In this document: positions 19,646 to 28,886 of the stretch, piece by piece
Numbering within the stretch: position 1 is the first letter of the stretch
Layout of the letters: every line of letters begins with the position of its first letter
Assembly (NCBI GenBank): GCA_002382735.1
Contig: DFZN01000059.1
Coordinates: 1 to 64,000 of the forward strand
Length of the DNA stretch: 64,000 nt
Origin: a bacterium UBP11_UBA4055
GTDB taxonomy: Bacteria; UBA4055
Direction: 5' to 3'
Translations under genes and position numbers: made by a program
The notes under the pieces: generated by a model
The model's input: only the letters and a program-made list of their open reading frames with translations
What the model was told of the DNA's origin: nothing
The model's database searches: none

Positions 19646-19832
19646 TGAGGAGTAAGTGTGAAGTGTTATCTATTTGAAGCGTTATGTCCTATTACCAAGG
19701 TTCAGCCTCGAATTTGTTCCGACCCAACCCGGACTAAACGCATTACTGCAAGGAGGAGCACAGTCCGCGAGAAGGAGCCTGCTTTGACGCAGGTGACTTA
19801 AGCGGACAAGCTCCGACGCCGCAGTCATGCGT

Positions 19833-21503
<1,671 letters not shown>

Positions 21504-21785
21504 TTATTTTACGATCGCAAGTACATCTTCGAATTTCAGGATGAGGTATTTTACTTCGCTGATGGTGACCTCCGTTCCCGAATATTTGGGATAGATTACC
21601 TTGTCGCCGACCTTGATCTCCTTTTTCATGTCTTCGTCGTTACCGACTGCTACGACTTTGCCCATCTGTGGCTTTTCTTTTGATGAAGTATCGGGAAGTA
21701 TGATCCCGCCTTTTGTTTTGTTCTCTGTTTCTTCGATGATCTCAAGAACTACTCTGTCCTTGATAGGTTTAAGATTTACTGCCAT
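21504..21785 (-). CDS. groS: Co-chaperonin GroES
   Basis: 93 aa with a classic GroES sequence (KPIKDRVV...GKVVAVG) and SD AAGGAG. Confidence 0.95.
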   Translation of the reverse strand: MAVNLKPIKDRVVLEIIEETENKTKGGIILPDTSSKEKPQMGKVVAVGNDEDMKKEIKVGDKVIYPKYSGTEVTISEVKYLILKFEDVLAIVK

Positions 21786-21804
21786 TTTATTCTCCTTTCG
21801 GTTA

Positions 21805-21835
21805 ATTTTTTGTTTGCTTATATATATTGCAACTA
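21805..21835 (-). promoter_or_regulatory. Promoter upstream of groES
   Basis: On the minus strand TTGGCA-N16-TATAAG gives a sigma70-like -35/-10. The same bases also read TGGCAT-N5-TTGCA (a GG-N10-GC sigma54 pattern). No CIRCE inverted repeat (TTAGCACTC-N9-GAGTGCTAA) is present. Confidence 0.4.
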
Positions 21836-21860
21836 TAATGCCAACACGATCCCCGTGCGT

Positions 21861-21892
21861 AAAAAAAGGGGCCGGTCATACCTGCTGCCCCT
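21861..21892 (-). terminator. Terminator after the 21920..22588 gene
   Basis: GGGGC-N14-GCCCC hairpin, followed by UUUUUUU on the minus strand. Confidence 0.45.
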
Positions 21893-21919
21893 CACCTGTC
21901 ATATTCTGTCAGGACAGTG

Positions 21920-22588
21920 TCAAACCCTGCCCAGTTTCCATCTGCTTATACCTCTGAAGAACATCATTATCGAGAACGGCACTACGAAGTCTGATTCCAT
22001 TATCCTGTTCGCGTTGGAAAGTATCAGCCAGGCTTTATCAAATTCGTTCTTCCTGTAATACTTTAGGAATATAGCCATCAGCTGCTTAGAAAGTTCTCTG
22101 AACCTTTTGTCGTTCATTATTAAAAGCACGGCATTTTTATAGTATTCGGTCCCTTCTTCGGTATGGAACCAGCCTTCCTGCGATACAGGCTCTCCGAGTT
22201 CTTTTATGATATCGTCTGTCTCTTCGTCCGTGAAAGTGAACTCCGAGAATTCTTCCGTACTGAAGAAATTTAAACTGTCGGCCATGAATTTATCAGTGTC
22301 CTTATCGTATTCCTGACCAATCGCGGCGTGAGCGTTCATGAGCCCCATAGATGCTTCCATTATGCTTTTCTGCATGGCCGGGCTGCCGAAGTATGATCCT
22401 GCCGATGTACTTTCCTTTTCCTGTTTTTTCTGAGTGAATTCAGCCGAGGTCTGGTAAAAAACGCATTCCGCGCAGTCTTCGTTCCTTATAGTAGCGCAGC
22501 AGACGGGACAGATCAGAGCACCGTTATTTATCAGGCATTTCCTTTTTCCCGGTTTCGAGCCGCAGTTTACACATTTTTCTTTTGCCAT
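21920..22588 (-). CDS. Hypothetical protein with an N-terminal Cys-rich zinc-ribbon (222 aa)
   Basis: CVNCGSKPGKRKC...CPVCCATIRNEDCAEC gives eight Cys in 45 aa. The remainder is acidic/helical. No family was recognised. Confidence 0.45.
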   Translation of the reverse strand: MAKEKCVNCGSKPGKRKCLINNGALICPVCCATIRNEDCAECVFYQTSAEFTQKKQEKESTSAGSYFGSPAMQKSIMEASMGLMNAHAAIGQEYDKDTDKFMADSLNFFSTEEFSEFTFTDEETDDIIKELGEPVSQEGWFHTEEGTEYYKNAVLLIMNDKRFRELSKQLMAIFLKYYRKNEFDKAWLILSNANRIMESDFVVPFSIMMFFRGISRWKLGRV

Positions 22589-22667
22589 ATCTTTATCCTG
22601 AGTTTACTTATTTCAAGAATGCGGTAATGATATAAAATTATTCGGGTTAAATCAAAGGTTTTTTACC

Positions 22668-22698
22668 AAATAAAAAAGGCTCCGCGATCTGCAGAGCC
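22668..22698 (-). terminator. Rho-independent terminator after the peptidase gene
   Basis: GGCUCUGC-AGAUC-GCGGAGCC followed by UUUUUUAUUU on the minus strand. Confidence 0.6.
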
Positions 22699-22720
22699 TT
22701 AAACTTAACATTATAATTTC

Positions 22721-23548
22721 CTAAGGGATAAGATAATCCGAGTAAGAATCGCTGAAAGAAGGAGTGCAGCGTACACCGTGTGCTTTTCCCCATTTTACCA
22801 TCATGTCGCACGCGTACTGGTTGTCAGCTTCGAAATAGCCGTAACGGTCCCAGCCATCCATCTGATAGTATGTGAATACGCCGTTCTTCATGGTTGAATC
22901 TCCGTCATAGGAATAGTTCTTGGTCCCGGAAGCGACCGCTACGACTCTGCCTTTAGCCTTGCCCAGAGCTGTCTTGAACGCTCCTATATTGCAGGCGTCA
23001 AAAGTAAATCCCATCTTCATGCATGTCGCTTTTGAGAATTTTCCGGCCATCCACGAATAGCTCAGATAATACATATCGGTAGATATCATGTTGCCGTTGT
23101 ATCCGTGTCCTGAATAAACGAAGAATACCTCGTTGCCTGCAACAGATCTGCTCGCCAGAGTGTTCATGGCCGATTCAATTGCGCTTTTTGTGGCTGACAA
23201 GTCTGTTATCTTGGTAACGCTGTAGCCTTTGCTCTGAAGGAAAGCAGCCCAGTCGGCGGCATCGTCATCGCAGTAGTTAAGATCGTTGACTGTTCCGGCA
23301 TAGTTCGAAATACCTATTACCAGAGCGTATTTAGCGCCTTTTGAGGCTGTAGCGTCCAGTTCCACCGGTTCTGAATCAGAAAGTGTGAACTTAGCCTTAA
23401 CTTCTTCGGGTCTGTCATCTACGAATTCAGGTCTCTGATACAGAACACCGTCTCCGCTATCATCAGTTTCGAGCGGACTCTGTTTTGAACAGCTTACGAA
23501 CACGAACACGGACATTGCGATCATCAGCGCGACCATCAGTTTTTTCAT
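22721..23548 (-). CDS. Lipoprotein, clan CD (caspase/legumain-like) cysteine peptidase family
   Basis: Lipobox VFVFVSCS. KYALVIGISNY, VFFVYSGHGYNG (a His-Gly catalytic motif) and FDACNIG (a catalytic Cys) match the caspase-hemoglobinase fold. The start was moved to the internal Met (MKKLMV) with SD GGGAGG. Confidence 0.55.
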   Translation of the reverse strand: MKKLMVALMIAMSVFVFVSCSKQSPLETDDSGDGVLYQRPEFVDDRPEEVKAKFTLSDSEPVELDATASKGAKYALVIGISNYAGTVNDLNYCDDDAADWAAFLQSKGYSVTKITDLSATKSAIESAMNTLASRSVAGNEVFFVYSGHGYNGNMISTDMYYLSYSWMAGKFSKATCMKMGFTFDACNIGAFKTALGKAKGRVVAVASGTKNYSYDGDSTMKNGVFTYYQMDGWDRYGYFEADNQYACDMMVKWGKAHGVRCTPSFSDSYSDYLIP

Positions 23549-23786
23549 GATACCTCCCAATTTTAAAATTTTTTCCGCAATATACACATCTTAAAGCGGC
23601 CTCACTCTGTCTCTTTTCAAAACATGGCTTCTTTAGTTTTTACTTTTCCGGATCATATCAACCCGTAAGGGCTACTGGTCGGCATTTGGTCTTAACTGAC
23701 AAGTAATCTATATTACCTCAAATAATTTGTCAATAGAAATTATATATTTTTTTTTATCGTTCTGGGGCTGCAATATCAGTTCTTCA

Positions 23787-23815
23787 AATAAAAAAGGAAC
23801 CTTTTTGCGGGTCCC
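23787..23815 (-). terminator. Rho-independent terminator after the 35-aa small gene
   Basis: The minus-strand RNA reads GGGACC-CGCAAAAA-GGUUCC (with a G·U wobble pair) followed by UUUUUUAUUU. Confidence 0.5.
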
Positions 23816-23848
23816 TTTTCGTTGAGGAGTGAGTGTTGAGGGGTTCTT

Positions 23849-23956
23849 TTAGAATTTGTGCCTGTTGATGCTTAATTTTCTCCTGAAGTCGAATGTTACC
23901 TGGGTTTTTATCATCTCTTTCAGGTCCTGATTCTTAAATTTTTTATCTATCTTCAT
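23849..23956 (-). CDS. Stand-alone small ORF (35 aa, Lys/Arg-rich): MKIDKKFKNQDLKEMIKTQVTFDFRRKLSINRHKF
   Basis: SD AAGGAG sits 7 nt upstream of the ATG. A TTGGAA-N17-TATATT promoter lies about 60 nt upstream. An intrinsic terminator sits immediately downstream. The ORF is below the ORF-track length cutoff. Confidence 0.35.
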   Translation of the reverse strand: MKIDKKFKNQDLKEMIKTQVTFDFRRKLSINRHKF

Positions 23957-24086
23957 TTTGCGCTCCTTTTTTATCTGTTTATTTCAATTACACAGGTAAT
24001 ATAACTACAGGAACACGGCATTCCAACCTAAGTCCGACGAAATGCATAAATGAGGGTGTGAAAGGTAGTAAAGATGCTATACAGGG

Positions 24087-24102
24087 ATTAATCAGCTGTT
24101 GC
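24087..24102. repeat. 16-bp direct repeat ATTAATCAGCTGTTGC (left copy)
   Basis: Identical to 24988..25003. The two copies bracket the NTase/83-aa cassette, 901 bp apart. Confidence 0.8.
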
Positions 24103-24343
24103 TTTTACGGGAGAGGATCTCTTTGATCTTTCTGAACTGACTTTGAACAAAGATCAGACTTTCTAAATGCTCTTTATGATTTATTTCTAACTTTTCCGAG
24201 GAAAATATCTTCTTTCCGAATTCGTACAAAGCGGCAACTCTTTCAACGCAGACCGAAGGGTCGTAATTCCTCTTTTGCTCCAACTCCCATTCGTTGAACT
24301 TCTTGAGTTTGCTTAAATATTGCCTGACATCTTCAGCGTTCAT
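24092..24343 (-). CDS. Small protein (83 aa) partnered with the upstream nucleotidyltransferase, which it overlaps by 11 nt
   Basis: Translationally coupled to the NTase gene. Helical and charged. No HEPN Rx4-6H motif was found. Confidence 0.4.
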   Translation of the reverse strand: MNAEDVRQYLSKLKKFNEWELEQKRNYDPSVCVERVAALYEFGKKIFSSEKLEINHKEHLESLIFVQSQFRKIKEILSRKSNS

Positions 24344-24887
24344 TTTTCATCTTTTCGATATTTATTACCATCACCGGCCTGTCCAGTATCTCTGAGAAAA
24401 AATTTATCTGTTTTAAAAGATATTTCCAGTCTAAGTTTTTATTGAACTTAATCAGATTTTCTATATCCTGCCAGTCTTTATCTCTTTCTGAAATAGATTT
24501 CTGCACAATAAGATCTTCCACGGAAATCATCTTTAACGATATTCCAAACAATTCCCTCTCGCACGCCCTTGTTATAGATTCAATTTCATACTCCAAACCT
24601 GTAAACACGATGTCGGCTTTAACATTTTCGATCTCTATGGGCAAGACCATTGTAGTCCTGATGAACTGAACAGGGTCTTTAGGCAGAATTGTGGAAACGG
24701 CTGAGAGTTTCTTTACAAGCTCTGCCAGAGAATCTTCGGAAATATCATGCAGAATTTTTATGTCAATATCATAAGTCATCCTCTCGTAACCGTAAACACC
24801 GGTTGCAAGTCCGCCGAAAACCATGTAAGGAATCTTCTCTTTTTCGAAGAATTCTTTAAGCTTTTTCAGCGAAAGTGTCATATCCAT
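24333..24887 (-). CDS. Pol-beta-superfamily nucleotidyltransferase-domain protein (184 aa)
   Basis: VFGGLATGVYGYERMTYDIDIKI gives the GG/GS...[DE]hD NTase signature. The C-terminal roughly 90 aa form a helical domain. The gene sits in an AT-rich island. Confidence 0.6.
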   Translation of the reverse strand: MDMTLSLKKLKEFFEKEKIPYMVFGGLATGVYGYERMTYDIDIKILHDISEDSLAELVKKLSAVSTILPKDPVQFIRTTMVLPIEIENVKADIVFTGLEYEIESITRACERELFGISLKMISVEDLIVQKSISERDKDWQDIENLIKFNKNLDWKYLLKQINFFSEILDRPVMVINIEKMKNER

Positions 24888-24987
24888 TTATCAGCCCTGA
24901 TTTAATTATTAAATATACACAACATCTGAGATAAAATCAAATGTAGTTTTTTTCTTTGTCAGTCGGTATAACTATGTAGTCGCGACG

Positions 24988-25003
24988 AATTAATCAGCTG
25001 TTG
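24988..25003. repeat. 16-bp direct repeat ATTAATCAGCTGTTGC (right copy)
   Basis: A perfect copy of 24087..24102. A degenerate third copy (ATTAAT-TGTTGC) lies at 26777..26788. Confidence 0.8.
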
Positions 25004-25144
25004 CCGAATACAAATGCTTCTGGAATTTGATGAAAGTGTTTCTTATGGCGAAGTATTTGATTTTGAGCAGGTCAGGTATCTTATCTTCAAACAGTTCTTC
25101 TATGCCTGTTTCAATATATTTTGAAAGTACAAATTCTAAAAATT
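24989..25144 (-). pseudogene. Short stop-bounded ORF remnant, possibly the C-terminal stub of a type I restriction enzyme R subunit
   Basis: A 51-codon open frame with no start (EFLEFVLSKYIETGIEELFEDKIPDLLKIKYFAIRNTFIKFQKHLYSATAD*). It lies immediately downstream of the hsdM and DUF1016 remnants. The family assignment is weak and made from memory. Confidence 0.2.
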
Positions 25145-25898
25145 CTTATAGTAATCTTTGTTGTCTATTTGTATTCGTTTTTGCCTCTCAACGAAAGTAA
25201 ATCCTACTCCGAGTTCAAGAATAAATTTCTCAAGTTCTCTTAAAATTGCATCTTCCAAATCCTTTTCAAGATACCTGTCTTTCAAACCGAGGAAATGTAA
25301 GAATATACGGATCTTTTAACAATACTTCGGGTGATGGCTTATTTCCTTTTCTCATTTCTTCCAATTCATAAGCAATCAGTTCTTCAGGCTTCTTTGACAA
25401 AGCAGTCCTTTCAAATAATTGATAATTGATTCTTTCCTGAAGCTGCCGCGTATTCCAACTATGCAGTTTGCACATTTCGATATAGAAATTTCTTTTTAAA
25501 GGATCGTCAATATAAATACACGATCTTATTTGTGTCCATGATAATTGTCTACGCAATGAGTAGAGAATCTTTCTGTCCGGAATTGTCTCAGCAACGCGGA
25601 TACAATGTCGTAAGACTTTCTCACCCCATCCTTCACCATATACAGATGATAAATATTCGGATAATTCAATAATAACATATTTACCATATTCAGCATGTTT
25701 ATTTTGTAAAATTACATTGTTTATTAAATTCCCAATATTCCAGTACAAACTTGTTAATTCTTGATTTGCAGCAGATGCTACGAGTTTTCTTGATTCATCA
25801 ATTAATTTTCTTGCAGAAGTAAATAATTTCTTAATACCTGTTATCTCTTTTTTTTGAAGAGATATTTTCCCGTATTTAATAATTTCTTTTTTCTTCAT
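25140..25898 (-). pseudogene. DUF1016/YhcG-family (PDDEXK-like) gene, frameshifted and C-terminally truncated
   Basis: The 210-aa ORF matches the YhcG N-terminal two thirds (LYWNIGNLI..., SWTQIR, DDPLKRNFYIEMC, DPYILTFPRF). The conserved continuation EKDLEDAILRELEKFILELGVGFTFVERQKRIQIDNKDYY is present, but in another frame and cut by a stop. The remaining C-terminal nuclease core is absent. Confidence 0.65.
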
Positions 25899-26583
25899 AA
25901 AAGCTCCCTGACGGATTTGAGTATTTCTACGCTTTGTTCGTCAAGCTCGGAAATTTCATCGAGGATCTCGACCGGTTCACGCAGAACAGCCTCATCCTTT
26001 TTGTTGGGATTTTTTACGCTCAGATCGCAGGTCTCTGTGTTGATGTCGGCTACTTTGACCGTCCATGAATTAAGAGAATCAGCTTTGGTTTTCTGTAGTT
26101 CGATAAATTCCGCAAGATCATTTTCGTTCAGCGGATTTGTTTTACCCAGGTTCCTGCCCGGATTGAGCTGATAATACCATATCTTTTTCGTTGAAACGCC
26201 TTTGTCTAAGAACAGAACGACATTGTAGCGGTCTTTTTCCTGTATGTCCGAAATATTCTCCGACAGCGTGTTCGTATGAATGATATTGGGCGAATCTATG
26301 CCGTGGAAGATCATATTCATAATGCCGATGATGTATGCGAGCGATTTTTTCTCTTTGCCGTAAAAGGTCTTCTTCTGAAGCGTTTCAAGGTCTTTCGTAG
26401 TCAGATTTTTGCTTGATTTAAGATATTCGTAAGCTTCGCACAAGTCTTTTTGTCCTTCTCGAGGTCGTCAATATACTTTAGGAAAAGGATCCACGAAGTC
26501 TGCTCCACATAGTCAAGCTCGCTGGAACATCCCGCATCTTTCCAGAGCACATCATCAATATTTTTAAAAACCTGTTCGAACAT
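25895..26583 (-). pseudogene. hsdM: Type I R-M methyltransferase (HsdM) remnants in two frames
   Basis: The 26401..26583 ORF is an HsdM N-terminal fragment (LWKDAGCSSELDYVEQTSWILFLKYIDDLE). The 25895..26443 ORF holds AYEYLK...TFYGKE...IMNMIFHGIDSPNIIHTNTLSE...RYNVVL, then jumps straight to the C-terminal IWYYQ...VKNPNKKDE region. The NPPF catalytic motif and about 200 internal residues are missing. Confidence 0.65.
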
Positions 26584-26834
26584 GGCTGTTTTTCCATAGG
26601 ATGAAATATGAAGAGAAAATACGGGTGAATGAAAGGAAAGGCAAGAGACGAAATGCAGAAATGCGTGTCCGAAAGAATGTAAGAAGCCATAAGAAAACTG
26701 TAATCAAAAGGTCATTTATGCGAAGTGAAGTTTTAACAGTATTTAATTGCCCGAATAATAATGTCATTGCCGATTAATTGTTGCTCTGAATTCCATAATA
26801 CTCTATATTTCAACCAAATAAGCGGGGATCTGAG

Positions 26835-27425
26835 ATGGTTCACAGCAGGAGAGTCTCAAAAAAATGCTCGGTTTGCAGGCTGTTCAAAAGCATCTGCGTA
26901 TGCGGGGATATTACGAAATTCGGCTTGAAAACGCGAGTCACGCTCCTGATGCATGTAAAAGAGATCAACAGATCTACCAATACCGGAAAGATCGCGGAAC
27001 TCATGCTGACGAACTCGAAAACAGTGATCGTGGGTGCACCGGAAGGTAAACTTGAACAGTCTGATATAATTTCTGAAGGCTATGAGAATGTCGTACTTTT
27101 TCCCCACACCTCGAACATCTTGGACGATTCTTTCATCTCGAAGCTCGACAGACCTCTAAATCTGATCGTGCCGGACGGGAATTATCATCAGGCGGTCAAG
27201 ATGACCCGGTCTGGTCTTTTGTCGGGCATAAAAAGAGTCAGGCTGCCGTCGGGACAGAAGGGCGAATACGGGCTGAGAGATTCAAAAGACCCTGAAAAAG
27301 TTTCAACTATTGAAGCAGTGATAAAAGCTCTGGAGATACTCGGTGATATTCAGGCTGCCGGATCTATGACTGACATTTTCCGCAAAATGGTCGAAGGGTT
27401 CAATGCCCGCAACGGCAGGCTCTAA
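26835..27425 (+). CDS. DTW-domain protein (tRNA aminocarboxypropyltransferase TapT/YfiP-like)
   Basis: N-terminal CSVCRLFKSICVCG Cys cluster and a DTW-like IVPDGNYHQA motif. About 196 aa. Confidence 0.6.
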   Translation: MVHSRRVSKKCSVCRLFKSICVCGDITKFGLKTRVTLLMHVKEINRSTNTGKIAELMLTNSKTVIVGAPEGKLEQSDIISEGYENVVLFPHTSNILDDSFISKLDRPLNLIVPDGNYHQAVKMTRSGLLSGIKRVRLPSGQKGEYGLRDSKDPEKVSTIEAVIKALEILGDIQAAGSMTDIFRKMVEGFNARNGRL

Positions 27426-27431
27426 TAAATT

Positions 27432-28886
27432 TTATTTTATCCTTTCTAATGCACGGGCTAAAGCCTGTTGAAGCATGGATTCTTCGGGTTGTTTGATGAA
27501 ACCGTTCTTCATCAGTGAATCCGTCAGGTTCCTTGAATATTCTATATCGGCTTTAGCCTTGTCGTAGGCTTCCTGCCATGTCAGTTTTATTCTGGCGACC
27601 CCATCCTTTATCGCCTGTACTGCTACATCGGCAGCTTCTATAGGGAACACATCAGCCTCGTCCATGGTCGGAACTATATTTTCTGGATTGATACCTCTTT
27701 TTTCAGCGTAATCTGCAAGAGAATGAGCAGCGGCTATGGCCATATTGTCCGTTATCTTTTTTGCTCTGACAAGAAGCGCTCCCTTTAGAATTCCGGGAAA
27801 TCCGATCGAATTATTCACCTGATTCGGAAAATCTCCCCTTCCCGTAGCTACGATAAAAGCTCCCGCCTCTTTTGCCGCATAAGGATATATCTCAGGGATC
27901 GGATTGGCGCAGGTAAACACTATCGCTTTTTCAGCCATCGAAGCGATCCACTCTTTTTTAACGGTATCGGGTCCGGGAGTGGAAAGAGCGATAAGGACAT
28001 CCGCACCCTTCATAGCCTCTTCTATAGTTATAATCTGATCTTTGTTAGTAGTCTGACAGAGCTCCCACTTCCGGTTGTACCTCGTGTCGGCTTCGATGTC
28101 GGCGCGGCCTTTGTTGAGCGACCCGCGCGAGTCAAAGATGACCATCTTTTCCAAATCACCGCCGTCCGCAGCTATCAGGCGCGCTATTGTCGTGTTCGAG
28201 GCGCCGGCGCCGAGAAGAACGATCCTCACGCCGCCTATCTTTTTCCCGGCGAGCTTGAGCGCATTGATAAGACCCGCAAGGGTAACGCTCGCCGTGCCCT
28301 GTGCGTCGTCGTGCCAGACGGGAATGTCGCATTCTTCGCGGAGAACATCGAGTACCTTGAAGCAGTTGGGCTGGGAAATATCCTCAAGATTTACCGCACC
28401 GAAAGAATGCTGGACCATCTTGACGAACTCGATGATCTTGTACGGATCGTTCTTCCCCGCTATGTCCCTGCTGTCAATGCAGAGGGGCACGGCGTCCACT
28501 CCGCCCAGATATTTCATGAGGAACGCCTTCCCTTCCATGACACCGAGACCTCCGGGCGGAGTGCAGTCGCCGTCGCCGAGAACGCGCGTGGAGTCCGACA
28601 CCACCGCGACGAGATTACCCCTGTTGGACAGCTCGAAGGAAGAGTCATTGCCGTCCCTGATGTCCGTTGATATCTTTGATACTCCGGGCGTATAGTAAAC
28701 ATTGAACCAGTTGAAGCCGAAAACGCCGGCCTTGGGTACGGTCTGGATCTTTCCCTGATAGAATTTGTGGGCAGATAATGACAGTTCCTTCAGAAATACT
28801 GTTTTCGCAGCAGCGATCTGCTCCTCTGTAAAATCATCGGGGAACGCCCTGTCAAGATTTGAAAGGTCAAGTTTTATTTTTTCCAT
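27432..28886 (-). CDS. maeB: NAD(P)-dependent malic enzyme (small bacterial type)
   Basis: VYYTPGVS, GLGVMEGKAF, a GAGASN Rossmann motif and a GTASV motif. The start is the internal Met MEKIKLD, with SD GGAAGGAG. Confidence 0.85.
   Translation of the reverse strand: MEKIKLDLSNLDRAFPDDFTEEQIAAAKTVFLKELSLSAHKFYQGKIQTVPKAGVFGFNWFNVYYTPGVSKISTDIRDGNDSSFELSNRGNLVAVVSDSTRVLGDGDCTPPGGLGVMEGKAFLMKYLGGVDAVPLCIDSRDIAGKNDPYKIIEFVKMVQHSFGAVNLEDISQPNCFKVLDVLREECDIPVWHDDAQGTASVTLAGLINALKLAGKKIGGVRIVLLGAGASNTTIARLIAADGGDLEKMVIFDSRGSLNKGRADIEADTRYNRKWELCQTTNKDQIITIEEAMKGADVLIALSTPGPDTVKKEWIASMAEKAIVFTCANPIPEIYPYAAKEAGAFIVATGRGDFPNQVNNSIGFPGILKGALLVRAKKITDNMAIAAAHSLADYAEKRGINPENIVPTMDEADVFPIEAADVAVQAIKDGVARIKLTWQEAYDKAKADIEYSRNLTDSLMKNGFIKQPEESMLQQALARALERIK

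Noticed and set aside
19658-19813. Plus-strand GTG-initiated 51-codon ORF preceded by GAGGAG, inside the groEL downstream region
   Set aside because: Low-complexity Arg/Thr-rich product with no coding signature. The GAGGAG belongs to the recurring terminator-adjacent motif, and the second copy of that motif is followed by only an 11-codon frame.
19641-19832. tRNA or tmRNA in the GC-rich groEL-downstream region (GGTTCAGCCTCGAAT resembles a T-arm)
   Set aside because: No acceptor stem or CCA context and no cloverleaf could be built. No tmRNA tag reading frame ending in ...AA* was found. Retained only as a possible structured RNA.
21805-21835. Sigma54 (-24 TGGCAT / -12 TTGCA, GG-N10-GC) promoter in front of groES
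   Set aside because: The same bases form a good sigma70 TTGGCA-N16-TATAAG promoter. No enhancer-binding-protein site or rpoN context is visible. The sigma54 match is probably coincidental, so I kept it only as a note inside the groES promoter feature.
24092-24343. HEPN (Rx4-6H) toxin motif in the 83-aa NTase partner
   Set aside because: No Arg-x(4-6)-His motif is present. The pair therefore cannot be called MNT-HepT.
26478-26767. Two overlapping minus-strand ORFs (70 and 67 aa) between the hsdM fragment and tapT
   Set aside because: No SD sequences, hydrophobic low-complexity products. They lie in the decayed-island boundary and are probably non-coding.
28075-28702. Plus-strand 206-aa and 119-aa ORFs and a minus-strand 62-aa ORF inside the malic-enzyme gene
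   Set aside because: Antisense or alternate-frame overlaps with a strongly supported CDS, with Pro/Arg/Ser-rich products. Spurious.
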